Of a stretch of DNA of 21,931 nucleotides, positions 1 to 8,653 are shown in pieces. The stretch's first letter is position 1. Each line of letters starts with the position of its first letter. The notes under the pieces are model-generated. The model made no database searches and had not been told where the DNA came from. It saw nothing but the letters and a program-made list of their open reading frames with translations. The translations under genes were made by a program, and so were the position numbers. Source of the stretch: an uncultured Thermoleophilia bacterium. Its GTDB lineage: Bacteria; Actinomycetota; Thermoleophilia; UBA2241. The DNA lies in the NCBI GenBank assembly GCA_963715985.1, contig CAVQSP010000007.1, positions 1 through 21,931 on the forward strand. The letters run 5' to 3'.

Positions 1-1027
1 CTGACGTTGGGCGAGCGCGATCCCCTGCGGGTAGGTCTCGAGACCGACCTCATCGCGCTGGAGTCGACCTCGAAGCACGTGCAGAGCGTCGTGGCGCACT
101 CGCCCGAGCAGGTGCTGCCACTTCTGGAGATGCTGGAGGCGATTGCGGGGGCGCCGCTCTCCGAACGGCCCATCTACTCCTCCCTGCACTGCCCGGTGTC
201 GCCGCTGCGGTTCGAGGGCGACAAGCTCGACGCCTCGATCGAGCTCGCCCGCCACGGGGTACCGATCCTCATCCACCCCCTGCCGCTGCTGGGCGCCACC
301 GCCCCCATGAGCGTGCTGGGCACGACCCTCATCACGCTCGCGGAGATCATGGCCGCCGTCACCATCTTCCAGCTGGCTGCGCCGGGCTGCGGGCTCATGG
401 TGGTCGCCATCGGCGGTTCCACGCACCTGCGCACCGGCGGGTATCTCTGCGGCGCGCCCGAGGTGGCGCTGGTCGACATGGCGAGCCTGGTCATGACCAG
501 GCAGTACGGGCTGCCGAGCATGAGCGGCGGCATGAGCTCGGATGCCAGGACCGCCAACTTCCAGGCCGGCTCCGAGGGCGCCCTGTTGGCGGCGTCCTCC
601 GTGCTGTGCGGCGCGGACATGCTCACCGGCGCCGGGCTCGTCGAAGCGAATGGCCGTCTCCACGGCCAAGGCCGTCCTCGACTGCGACACCATCGGGTCG
701 GTCAAGCGCCTGCTCGAGCTGCCTGACACCGTGGACGACGCGTCGACGCTGATGGAGGACATCGCCGCGGTCGGTCCCGGCGGTCAGTTCCTCGCCCGGC
801 GCAGCTCTCGCGAGAACTCGCGCCGCGGTGAGATCTGGCGCTCATCCGTCTTCCAGCGCGACGGTCTCTCGGCGTACGTGGGGCGTTCGCTGGTGAGCGA
901 CGCCCTGGAGCGCGCCGAGGCCGTGCTCGCCGCGCACGTGCCCACGCCTATCCCCGACGACGCCCGCCGCGAGGCGCGCGCCGTATTCGAGCGGTACGCG
1001 CGCGGCGCGGGCGCCGGCGGCCACTGA
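1..1027 (+). CDS. MttB-superfamily (trimethylamine methyltransferase-like) corrinoid methyltransferase 1, non-Pyl; 5' truncated by the window edge, frameshift near 649
   Basis: ORF 7..726 has MttB motifs (TSKHVQ, PVSPLRF, GATAPMS, GAPE, YGLPSMSGGMSSDAR..FQAG.E). The C-terminus continues in ORF 542..1027 (DIAAVGPGGQFL, FQR, TGA at 1025-1027). Confidence 0.88.
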
Positions 1028-1044
1028 CCAAGGAGCACCAGGAG

Positions 1045-2433
1045 ATGGAGACACAGTACCCGACCCGCATGGGCGACGGTTCGCTGACCCGCATGACGCG
1101 CAGCGAGCTGCGCGCGGAGCTCGAAGAGGGCACTCTTGCGGCGGCGAGCCGGGCCAAGGTGCCGCCGCTGTCCGCGGAGGAGCTCGACCACCTGCTCGAG
1201 ATCTGGGCGTCGCCGGCCAAGTTCTCCGCCGTCGACATCGGCGACGAAGTCGTGCTCACCTACGACGGCTCGGGGTCCAAGACGGTCGGCACGCGCACCC
1301 AGGACCTGCTCATCTACGAGCAGATGTTCGGGGCCGACTCCGTCGAGCTCGGGCACGTCGACTACTCGTTCAAGGCCATCCGGACCATCCTGCCGTTCGA
1401 GGCCCAGAACATGAAGGACGCGCAGGCGGTGCTGACGGTGCCGGTGATGTACGGGGCGATGCCCAATCTGGGGCTGTACTCGAAGCCCGACGGGCCGGCG
1501 CCCAACTGGTCGGAACTGCTGCCGCTGGCGCGGGTGGACGAGGCGCGGGCGGCTCAGGAGGAGGCGGTCGGGTACGCCGTCGAGGACATGGTGAAGACCG
1601 CCGACGCGCTGTGGGAGGCGGGCGCCGACGGCATCGACTTCGACACCGCCGGCGCGGCGGGCGACGGCGACTTCCTGGCCACGCTCCTCGCAATCGAGCG
1701 GATCCGCGCGTCCCACCCCGACATGGGCATCCAGGTCGGCATGGCCGGCGAGTTCGTGCTCGGGATGCACGGCCAGCTCGAGTACGACGGCGTGCGCCTG
1801 GCCGGGCTCTGGCCGCGCGGGCAGATGGAGCTCGTGCGCCGCGCGGGCGCGACCATCTACGGTCCGGCGATCACCGTGAACACGCGCCGGACGGGGGCGT
1901 GGAACATCGCCCGTGCGCTGACGCTCGTCAAGCCGTGCATGGAGGTGGCCGAGATCCCCGTGCACATGAACATCGGCATGGGGGTCGGCGCCGTCCCCAC
2001 CACCAGCTACCTGCCGCTGGACGCCGTGGCGCGCGCCTCGCGCGCCACCGTCGACATCCTGCGGCTGGACGGCTTGTAGGTCGGCGGCGGCGACCCTCTC
2101 GGGATGCCGTGTGCCCACGCGACCGCCTCGGGGATGTGCGGGATGCGCGCTGCTGGAGATCTGGTGGCGCGCATGCAGATCACTCGGGGGATGCGGATCG
2201 GCGAGGCCAAGGCGTACGTCGCCGAGCGACTCGGGGTCAGCCCCGCCGACCTCTCCGATCCCATCGCCATGGAGGACGTGCGCCGGGAACGGCAGCTCGG
2301 GCGCATCACGACCTTCGAGATCAGCTACCCCACCCAGTCGAGCGCCATGGAGGCCAAGTTCAGGATCGCCGAACTGCTGGATCTGCCGATCAACTGCGTG
2401 CAGCGCTTCCGGCAGCACGCCGGGCTCGCGTGA
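1045..2433 (+). CDS. mtbB: Dimethylamine:corrinoid methyltransferase (MtbB family), 462 aa, with in-frame amber codon 2077-2079 predicted to encode pyrrolysine
   Basis: SD AGGAG precedes ATG 1045. N-terminal YPTRMGDG, ELGHVDYSFK, YGAMPNLGLY and DFDTAGAAGDGDF motifs are present. LDGL-TAG-VGGGDPLGMP..ASGM.GMRAAGDLVARMQ reads through in frame into ORF 2104..2433 and matches the MtbB Pyl context as recalled (DG.-O-.G.GDP.GM). Confidence 0.93.
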
Positions 2434-2503
2434 GCGACGCGGCCGGCCGGTATGAGAGACATAGAGATCAGGGCCCTGCGCCGCTCTTGCCCGGAGGTGA
2501 CCG

Positions 2504-3860
2504 ATGACCGCGACCATCGACCGCGAGCGGCTCGCGGCGCTCAAAGCGCGCGAAGACGCCGACTTCGTCGCGCGCCACCCCCGCTCCCGAGAGCTCTTCG
2601 AGCGGGCGCAAGCGCACATGCTCGACGGCGTCCCCATGAACTGGATGACGCGCTGGTCAAGCCCGTTCCCGCCGTTCGTCGCCGAGGCGCACGGCGCCCG
2701 CTTCACCTGCGTCGACGGACACGAGTACGTCGACTTCTGCCTCGGCGACACGGGCGCGATGACCGGCCACTCCCCCGACGCCTCGGTCCGGGCCATCGCG
2801 GCTCAGGCCGGCCGCGGCATCACGACCATGCTGCCCACCGAGGACTCCCTCTGGGTCGCCGCCGAGCTCAGCCGTCGCTTCGGCCTGCAGTACTGGCAGC
2901 TGGCGCTCACGGCGACGGACGCCAACCGCTTCGCCGTGCGCCTCGCCCGTCACGTCACGAAGCGTCCGAAGATCCTCGTCTACAACTACTGCTATCACGG
3001 CTCCGTGGACGAGACCATCATCACGATCAACGACGGCGTGCCGGGGCCCAAGCCGGGCAACGCCGGTCCGCCAGTCGATCCGACGGTGACGAGCAAGGTC
3101 GTCGAGTGGAACGACCTCGAGGCGCTGGAGCGGGCGCTCGGGCCCGGCGACGTGGCCTGCGTCCTCGCCGAGCCGGCGCTCACCAACATCGGCATCATCC
3201 TGCCTGACGAGGGCTATCACGCCGAACTGCGCCGCCTGACCAGCGAGTCCGACACGCTGCTCATCATCGACGAGACGCACACCATCTGCGCCGGCCCCGG
3301 CGGCTGCACGCAGGGCCTGGGGCCTCGAGCCCGACATGGTGACGCTCGGCAAGCCCATCGGCAGCGGCGTGCCCGCCGCCGTCTACGGCTTCGGGCAGGC
3401 CGTCGCCGACCGCATCCGCGTCGGCTGGGACTACCACGCCGCCGACGAGTGCGGCGTCGGCGGCACGCTCGCCGGCAACATGCTGAGCGTCGCGGCAGTG
3501 CGCGCCACCCTGGGCGAGGTGCTCACCGACGAGGCCTACGCGCGCATGATCCCGCTCGCCGGCCGCTGGGCCGACGGCGTGCAGGGCGTGATCGACGAGT
3601 TCGGCCTGCCGTGGGTGGTCAAGCGCCTGGGCTGCCGCGCGGAGTACTGGCCGCGCCCCGTGCCGCCGCGCAACGGCGGCGAGGCGGCCGCGGCCGAGGA
3701 CGAAGAGCTCGACCGCTACCTGCACCTCTTCATGCTGAACCGCGGCATCCTCATGACGCCGTTCCACAACATGGCGCTGATGGCGCCGCAGACGACGGCG
3801 GCAGACGTCGACCGCCACACGGAACTGCTGCGCGAGGCGGCGCGGACGCTGGTCGGCTGA
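2504..3860 (+). CDS. PLP-dependent class-III aminotransferase (GSA-aminomutase-like family); +1 frameshift at about 3313-3315
   Basis: SD GGAGG before ATG 2504. Motifs GVPMNWM, VDGHEYVDFCLG, YHG and LIIDETHT are present. Removing one G from CAGGGCC restores TQAWGLEPDMVTLGKPIG (PLP lysine) and joins ORF 3336..3860. Confidence 0.88.
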
Positions 3861-3925
3861 GGGCCGCCGACATGGCGACCGCTCTCCACATCGCTGCGTC
3901 ACCCACATCATCCGGAGGAAACGAC

Positions 3926-4504
3926 ATGACTGCTCCTGATTCCCGCCCCAAAGTCGTCGCCGTGATCGGCAGCCCCAGGCGGCGCGGCAACACCGCGACG
4001 CTGGTGGAGGCAGCCCTCGAGGAGCTCGAACGCCGCGGCTGCGAGTGCACGCGGATCGTGCTTGCGGAGAAGCGCATCGAGTTCTGCAGCGGTCACGTGT
4101 ACTGCGGCGAGCGGGCGTGCCCGCACGACGACGACATGGCGGGCATCCTCGAGCAGGTGTACGCCGCCGACGGCCTCATCCTCGCGACGCCGATCTACTA
4201 CGAGAACGTCTCCGGCCAGATGAAGACGTTCATGGACCGCAACGCCACCCGCTACTACGGCGAGGAGTGGCTGGCCCCGAAGGTGGTCGGCCTCATCGCC
4301 GTCGCGGGGGAGTCGGAAGCCGAGGATACGCTTGCCGCCATGCGCCGCTTTCTGGCGCTCTCGAATCCCGAGGAGCTGCCCGTGGTGGCCCTCGGCGGGT
4401 GCGCCGACAAGCCGGGCGAGGCGGCGCAGGACGCCGAGCTCATGGCCAAGGCGCGGGCACTCGGGCGCTCGATGGCCGAGCAGCTCGGCCTCGACCCAAG
4501 CTGA
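3926..4504 (+). CDS. Iron-sulfur flavoprotein / NAD(P)H-dependent FMN reductase (flavodoxin-like fold)
   Basis: GGAGG SD then ATG 3926. Contains GSPRRRGNT (FMN phosphate loop), CSGHVYCGERAC, and ADGLILATPIYY..SGQMKTFMDR. Confidence 0.88.
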   Translation: MTAPDSRPKVVAVIGSPRRRGNTATLVEAALEELERRGCECTRIVLAEKRIEFCSGHVYCGERACPHDDDMAGILEQVYAADGLILATPIYYENVSGQMKTFMDRNATRYYGEEWLAPKVVGLIAVAGESEAEDTLAAMRRFLALSNPEELPVVALGGCADKPGEAAQDAELMAKARALGRSMAEQLGLDPS

Positions 4505-4512
4505 CCGTCGTC

Positions 4513-4547
4513 GACGGGGCGGGTGGCGCTACGCCGCCCGCCCCGTC
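4513..4547. terminator. 16-bp hairpin between convergent genes; likely bidirectional terminator
   Basis: GACGGGGCGGGTGGCG-CTA-CGCCGCCCGCCCCGTC with one G.U pair. The loop is the higA stop codon. No U tract. Confidence 0.6.
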
Positions 4548-4901
4548 TCCCGCACCAGCACCTCGAGCGGGATCCCGAGCCCCTCGTGCAGCGCGCGGAT
4601 CATGCGGATACTGAGCCCGCGCTTGCGCGCCAGCACCTCCGAGACGCGCGAGCGGCTGCCTAGGTATGTCCTCCAGGTCGCGTCTCGAGAGGCCGCGCTG
4701 GTCCATGACGAAGAGGATCGCGTCGACCGGGTCTGGGAGCTCGAACGGCCAGCGCTGCTTCTCGTACATCTCGATGACCAGCGCCAGCAGTTGGAGCTCG
4801 TCCGCCTGCGGCGTCCCGGGAGCGGGAGCTGCGTCCAGGAGCGCGTCCAGCTGGGCCAGGGCCGCGGCGTGTTCGGCATCGTCGTGGATGAGGTGAGCCA
4901 C
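4529..4901 (-). CDS. higA: HigA-family HTH antitoxin; +1 frameshift near 4670
   Basis: GTG at 4901 with GGAGG SD at 4906-4910. IHDDAEHAAALAQLDALL..GTPQADELQLLALVIEMYE..PDPVDAILFVMDQRGLSRRDL continues in the next frame as YLGSRSRVSEVL.RKR.LS..MIRALHEGLGIP. Confidence 0.88.
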
Positions 4902-4909
4902 CGGACCTC

Positions 4910-5194
4910 CTAGAGTCGCCAGCGGTCGTACTCGGCGTGGGTGCCGACGGCGACGATGCGGACGATGCCGTTCGCGAAGTCGATGCGAGCCGCCAGCCTG
5001 TAGTCGTTGCCCTTGATCCGAAACACCACAAGGTCTCCTCGGATGAGACTGGCCCGGGGGTGCTCCGTCAGCACCCGCCGCGGCCGGTCCCAAGAAGCCA
5101 TCTCGGCTGCGGCCAGCCACAGCGTCAGTCCCGGGCGAGCATCCGCATGCGCCTGCGCGAACGTCTCGACCAGATGCCGTCCGACGACCCGCAT
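4910..5194 (-). CDS. higB: HigB-family mRNA interferase toxin
   Basis: 94 aa with MRVVG, W..A.W, VVFRIKGNDYRL and VGTHAEYDR motifs. Toxin-first order upstream of higA. Confidence 0.92.
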   Translation of the reverse strand: MRVVGRHLVETFAQAHADARPGLTLWLAAAEMASWDRPRRVLTEHPRASLIRGDLVVFRIKGNDYRLAARIDFANGIVRIVAVGTHAEYDRWRL

Positions 5195-5227
5195 CCGTCA
5201 GGACCGCCCTGCGCCGGCGCACGCGTG

Positions 5228-5274
5228 TGTTCCCAATACGGGAACAGTATGCGCCGTTGTCCGGCGATGGGCAA
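5228..5274 (-). promoter_or_regulatory. sigma70-type promoter of higBA with an adjacent palindromic operator
   Basis: Minus strand TTGCCC (5274-5269), 17-nt spacer, CATACT (5251-5246). The inverted repeat TGTTCCC-AATAC-GGGAACA (5228-5246) lies over the predicted start site. Confidence 0.7.
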
Positions 5275-5452
5275 GCATGCCACGACGTTCGCATGCCGCC
5301 GCCGGCGAGAACAGGGTGCCGACAGCCACATCGGCGTTGACATCACGGACGTCGAAGCCCACCGGAAGGGGACTTGGGCCGGCGGCGGTCCCCACGGGCC
5401 GACGGCCTCCTGGCCGAAGGATGCCTGCACCGGCGTGCGAACGCGCGACTCT

Positions 5453-5482
5453 TTGTAGCGCGCCAAGGCGGTGCGATAGACT
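5453..5482 (+). promoter_or_regulatory. Candidate housekeeping promoter for the mttB2 operon
   Basis: TTGTAG (5453-5458), 18-nt spacer, TAGACT (5477-5482). Predicted +1 is near 5489. Confidence 0.6.
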
Positions 5483-5488
5483 GGCCTC

Positions 5489-5539
5489 GTGCTCACGTCC
5501 ATCAGCATCAGCACGATCAACCGCGCCTGCGGTCTGTAG
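5489..5539 (+). CDS. Putative leaderless leader peptide MLTSISISTINRACGL ending in TAG
   Basis: GTG sits 7 nt after the -10 box. 16 codons, almost all ending in G/C. The amber stop overlaps the 5' arm of a hairpin. Confidence 0.5.
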   Translation: MLTSISISTINRACGL

Positions 5540-5571
5540 ACCCGGCTGCCCTGCGGCGGCCGGGTCTCCTT
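5538..5571 (+). terminator. Attenuator-like hairpin in the mttB2 leader
   Basis: AGACCCGGCTGCC-CTGC-GGCGGCCGGGTCT (13 bp, one G.U), followed by CCTT. Confidence 0.6.
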
Positions 5572-5649
5572 GCATCCCCCTCACCGGCCCGCCTTCGTCC
5601 CCCGACCGTCACCCCGACAAGTCACCGGACACCTGCGAGGTTGCCGACC

Positions 5650-7118
5650 ATGAGCGCCAGAATCGACCCCATCGTTCCACGTCTCTCCTGGGAGGTCCTG
5701 CGACGCGGACGACATCGACCGTATCCACGAGGCCACGCTGGAGATCCTCGCCGACGTCGGCATCCGCTTTCCCAGTGCGAAGGCGCTGGCGATCCTCGAG
5801 GAGAATGGCTGCCAGGTGGACCACGCTACACAGGTCGCGAAGCTGCCGCGCGAAGTGGTCACCGAGGCCGTGGTCAGGGCCCCGCACGAGTTCCTGCTCG
5901 CCGGCCGGGACCCTGACGCCGACATGCGCATCGACGGCCGCCACTGCTACCTGAGCAACGACGGCTCCGGCGTGTTCGTGTAGGACCACACGACCGGGCG
6001 AGAAGCGGCCCAGCACAAAGGCCGACGCCGCCACCAGCGCCCGCTTCGTCGACGCGCTGCCGGAGCTCAGCTACTACTGGGGGCCGGTGGTCACCAGCCA
6101 GGACGTGCCCCCTGCCACCAAGGCGCTCCACGACGCCGAGGCGGTTCTCACCAACACCAGCAAGCACTTTCAGACGGTGACCACGCTCGGTGAGAAGCCG
6201 ATGCGGTATCTGGTGGAGATGGCGGCGGCGATCGCCGGCGGGATCGACGAGCTGAGGGCCCGGCCGCTCGTCAGCTCCATGCAGTGCGCCGTGGACCCGC
6301 TGGGCCACGACGGGCCGAATCTCGAGGCCAACCTGGCGGCCGCCGAATACGGCGTGCCCTGCGGCTTCATGCCGATGCCGCTGGCCGCCGGTACAGGCCC
6401 GGCCACGCTGGCCGGAACGCTCGTCGTGCACAACGCCGAGGCGCTCAGCGGCATCGTGCTGCTGCAGCTCGCCTCGCCCGGCGTGCCATGCTTCGTCGCC
6501 GCCGCCCCGAGTGTGATCGACCTCACCACCGGCGGCTACACCGGCGGCGCCCCGGAGGACTACCTGCTCGCCACGGCCTGCATCCAGCTGGCGCACTTCT
6601 ACGGCCTGCCCATCGCCATGGGGACCATGGCCACCGGCGCCAAGGAGCCGGACTGGCAGGCCGCCGTGGACGACTCCCTGAGCACGTTCGCCAGCGTGAT
6701 GAGCTGCGCCGACATGATGAACGGCGCCGGCCTGCTGAACGGCTCCAAGATCCTCAGTTACCCGCACATGGTCATGGAGACGGAGATCTACCGCATCGTG
6801 CAGAAGATGGCCGGCGGCATCCTGGTGGACGACGAGACGCTGGCGCTGGACGTCATCAAGAGCGTCGGCCAGAACGGCACGTACCTGACGGAGAAGCACA
6901 CGCGCGACCACATGCGCGAGATCTGGCTGCCCAAGGTGTGGGACCGCACGCCCTACGACAGCTGGCTGCGGGACGGCAAGAAGGGCGCCCTGGAGAAGGC
7001 GACGGAGATCGCCGACGACATCCTCGCCAACTACGAGCCCGCGCCGCTGGCGGAGGACGTGACGCGCGAGCTCCGAGGCATCGTCGCTCGCGCCGACCGC
7101 GAGCTGGCGGGAGTCTGA
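5650..7118 (+). CDS. MttB-superfamily methyltransferase 2; frameshifts near 5701 and 5997, in-frame TAG at 5981-5983
   Basis: MSARIDPIVPRLSWEVL, then DADDIDRIHEATLEILADVGIRF..APHEFLLAGRDP..YLSNDGSGVFV-TAG-DHTTG, then EKRPSTKAD.. leading into ORF 6087..7118 (NTSKH, GTGPATLAG, GAPE, YGLP, DEETL-like DDETLALD). Confidence 0.88.
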
Positions 7119-7157
7119 CATGCCGACCGGGCCGAACGAAACGGAAGGTGGCGCGCC

Positions 7158-8567
7158 GTGAGCGATGCAACGACCGCCGCAGTGCCCATGGCGCCGCTCG
7201 CGTCGCCGGCGCGGCTGGCCCTGCGGGTGCTGAGCGACGAGGATGTGCGCCGCGTCCACGCCGCGGCCCTGCGGCTGCTCGGCGACCAGGCGGCCGCCGC
7301 CGAAGCTGCGGCCTCCGCGGCGCCGGCCCGCGTTGTGCTCGGCGGGCGCGTGCCCGAGCGCGACGTGACGCTGGACGGCTCGCGCTGCGTGCTGGGCACG
7401 GGCGGCCCGGCCCCCAGGGTCAGTCCCCGCGACGGCCGCGACCCCCGGGGCGCGACGCCCGCCGACCTCACCGAGGCCGTACGGCTCGCCGACGCCCTGG
7501 CTGAAGTCGCGGTGGTCTGCGGGCCTCCGCTGCGGGCCGCCGGTGAGACGGTACTCGGTGAGCTGGCACTCTGCCTGGCAGCCACGTCCAAGCACGTGCA
7601 GCCGGCGACGCTGTGCACGACCGAGGATGCCGAGGCGGCAGTGCGCATGGCGCGCGCCGTCGCCGCGTCGGACGGGGATCTGCGCGCGCGGCCCCTGCTC
7701 AGCCTGTGCGGCGGCCCGGAGGTGAGCGCGGCGGCGGAGGTCTTCGCGTGCGCCGGCCTGCCCGTGGGCTTCGTGGCGGCGCTCCCCGGCGGCGACACGG
7801 CCGGCGGGCCGGCCTCCGCCCCTGCCCGTCTCGCACCGCTCTCTGCCGCCGTGCCGGCGCCCGGCGCTCCCGACCAGACCGCCGCGCCCGATCCGGCGCT
7901 TGCCCTCGTACGCCATCACGCCGGCGTGCTGGCGGCCTGCGCCGCCGTACAGGCGGCGGCTCCCGGCGCGCCGTTCCTCTACCTCGTCCAGCCGGCCCTT
8001 GCCGGCCTGCCCGCCTGCGGCCCGCAGGCCGTCCTCTTCCAGGTCGCCTGCGTCCAGCTCGCGCGCCTCTGCGGGCTGCCCGTGGTCGCCGCCGGCATGG
8101 GCACGGGCAGCCACGGATCGGACTGGCAGGCGGGCACCCAGAACGCTCTCGGGGCGCTGGGCGCCACGGCGGCCGGCGCCGACCTCACGACCGGCGCCGG
8201 CGCCCTCGGCGGCGGCGGCGCGCTCAGCCTGCAGCAGCTGGTGATGGACGGCGAGGCCTTCTCCTGGAACGCGCGCATCGCCGCGGGCATCGCCGTGGAC
8301 GAGGAGACCATCGCCCTGGACGACATCGAACAGGTGGGCATCGGCGGCAACTACCTGAGCCGCCGGCACACCCGCCGGCACATGAAGGACGTGTGGCGTC
8401 CCCGGCTGCTCGACCGCAGCATGTGGGACGCCTGGGTCGCTGCGGGCCGGGAGGGCGCCGCCGGGAAGGCGGACGCCCTCGTCGAGTCCCTGCTCGCCGC
8501 CCACGAGGTCCTCCCCCTGGGCGACGGGGTCCTGGAGACGGTGCGCAGCATCGCGGCGGAGGCCTGA
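7158..8567 (+). CDS. Divergent, Ala/Gly-rich MttB-superfamily paralogue 3
   Basis: LRVLSDEDVRRVH, TSKHVQ, GLPV, DWQAG, DEETIALDDIEQVGIGGNYL..HTR and P.LLDR motifs in an intact 469-aa ORF. SD-like GGAAGG upstream. Confidence 0.82.
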   Translation: MSDATTAAVPMAPLASPARLALRVLSDEDVRRVHAAALRLLGDQAAAAEAAASAAPARVVLGGRVPERDVTLDGSRCVLGTGGPAPRVSPRDGRDPRGATPADLTEAVRLADALAEVAVVCGPPLRAAGETVLGELALCLAATSKHVQPATLCTTEDAEAAVRMARAVAASDGDLRARPLLSLCGGPEVSAAAEVFACAGLPVGFVAALPGGDTAGGPASAPARLAPLSAAVPAPGAPDQTAAPDPALALVRHHAGVLAACAAVQAAAPGAPFLYLVQPALAGLPACGPQAVLFQVACVQLARLCGLPVVAAGMGTGSHGSDWQAGTQNALGALGATAAGADLTTGAGALGGGGALSLQQLVMDGEAFSWNARIAAGIAVDEETIALDDIEQVGIGGNYLSRRHTRRHMKDVWRPRLLDRSMWDAWVAAGREGAAGKADALVESLLAAHEVLPLGDGVLETVRSIAAEA

Positions 8568-8653
8568 CTGTACTAATCTTATGCATCAGTGAATGGACAT
8601 GGAGCAGTCGTAGCGGTGAGCCACCCGCAGGGCTCACGAGAAGGAGACAGAGG

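Noticed and set aside
2080-2160. PYLIS-like structure downstream of the mtbB TAG
   Set aside because: Only short GC pairings are visible by eye, and such an element is not required for Pyl insertion.
2504-4504. 666-aa aminotransferase-flavoprotein fusion in the ORF track
   Set aside because: Artefact of the 3314 frameshift. The linker is off-frame Arg-rich sequence and the flavoprotein has its own SD and ATG at 3926.
4529-5194. HigB-HigA fusion by amber readthrough
   Set aside because: The readthrough frame reaches the HigA C-terminus only because of the probable indel near 4670. The intervening peptide is not HigA-like.
5275-5450. Possible small gene or structured RNA between the divergent promoters
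   Set aside because: No convincing SD, protein motif or recognisable riboswitch consensus (cobalamin, lysine, SAM).
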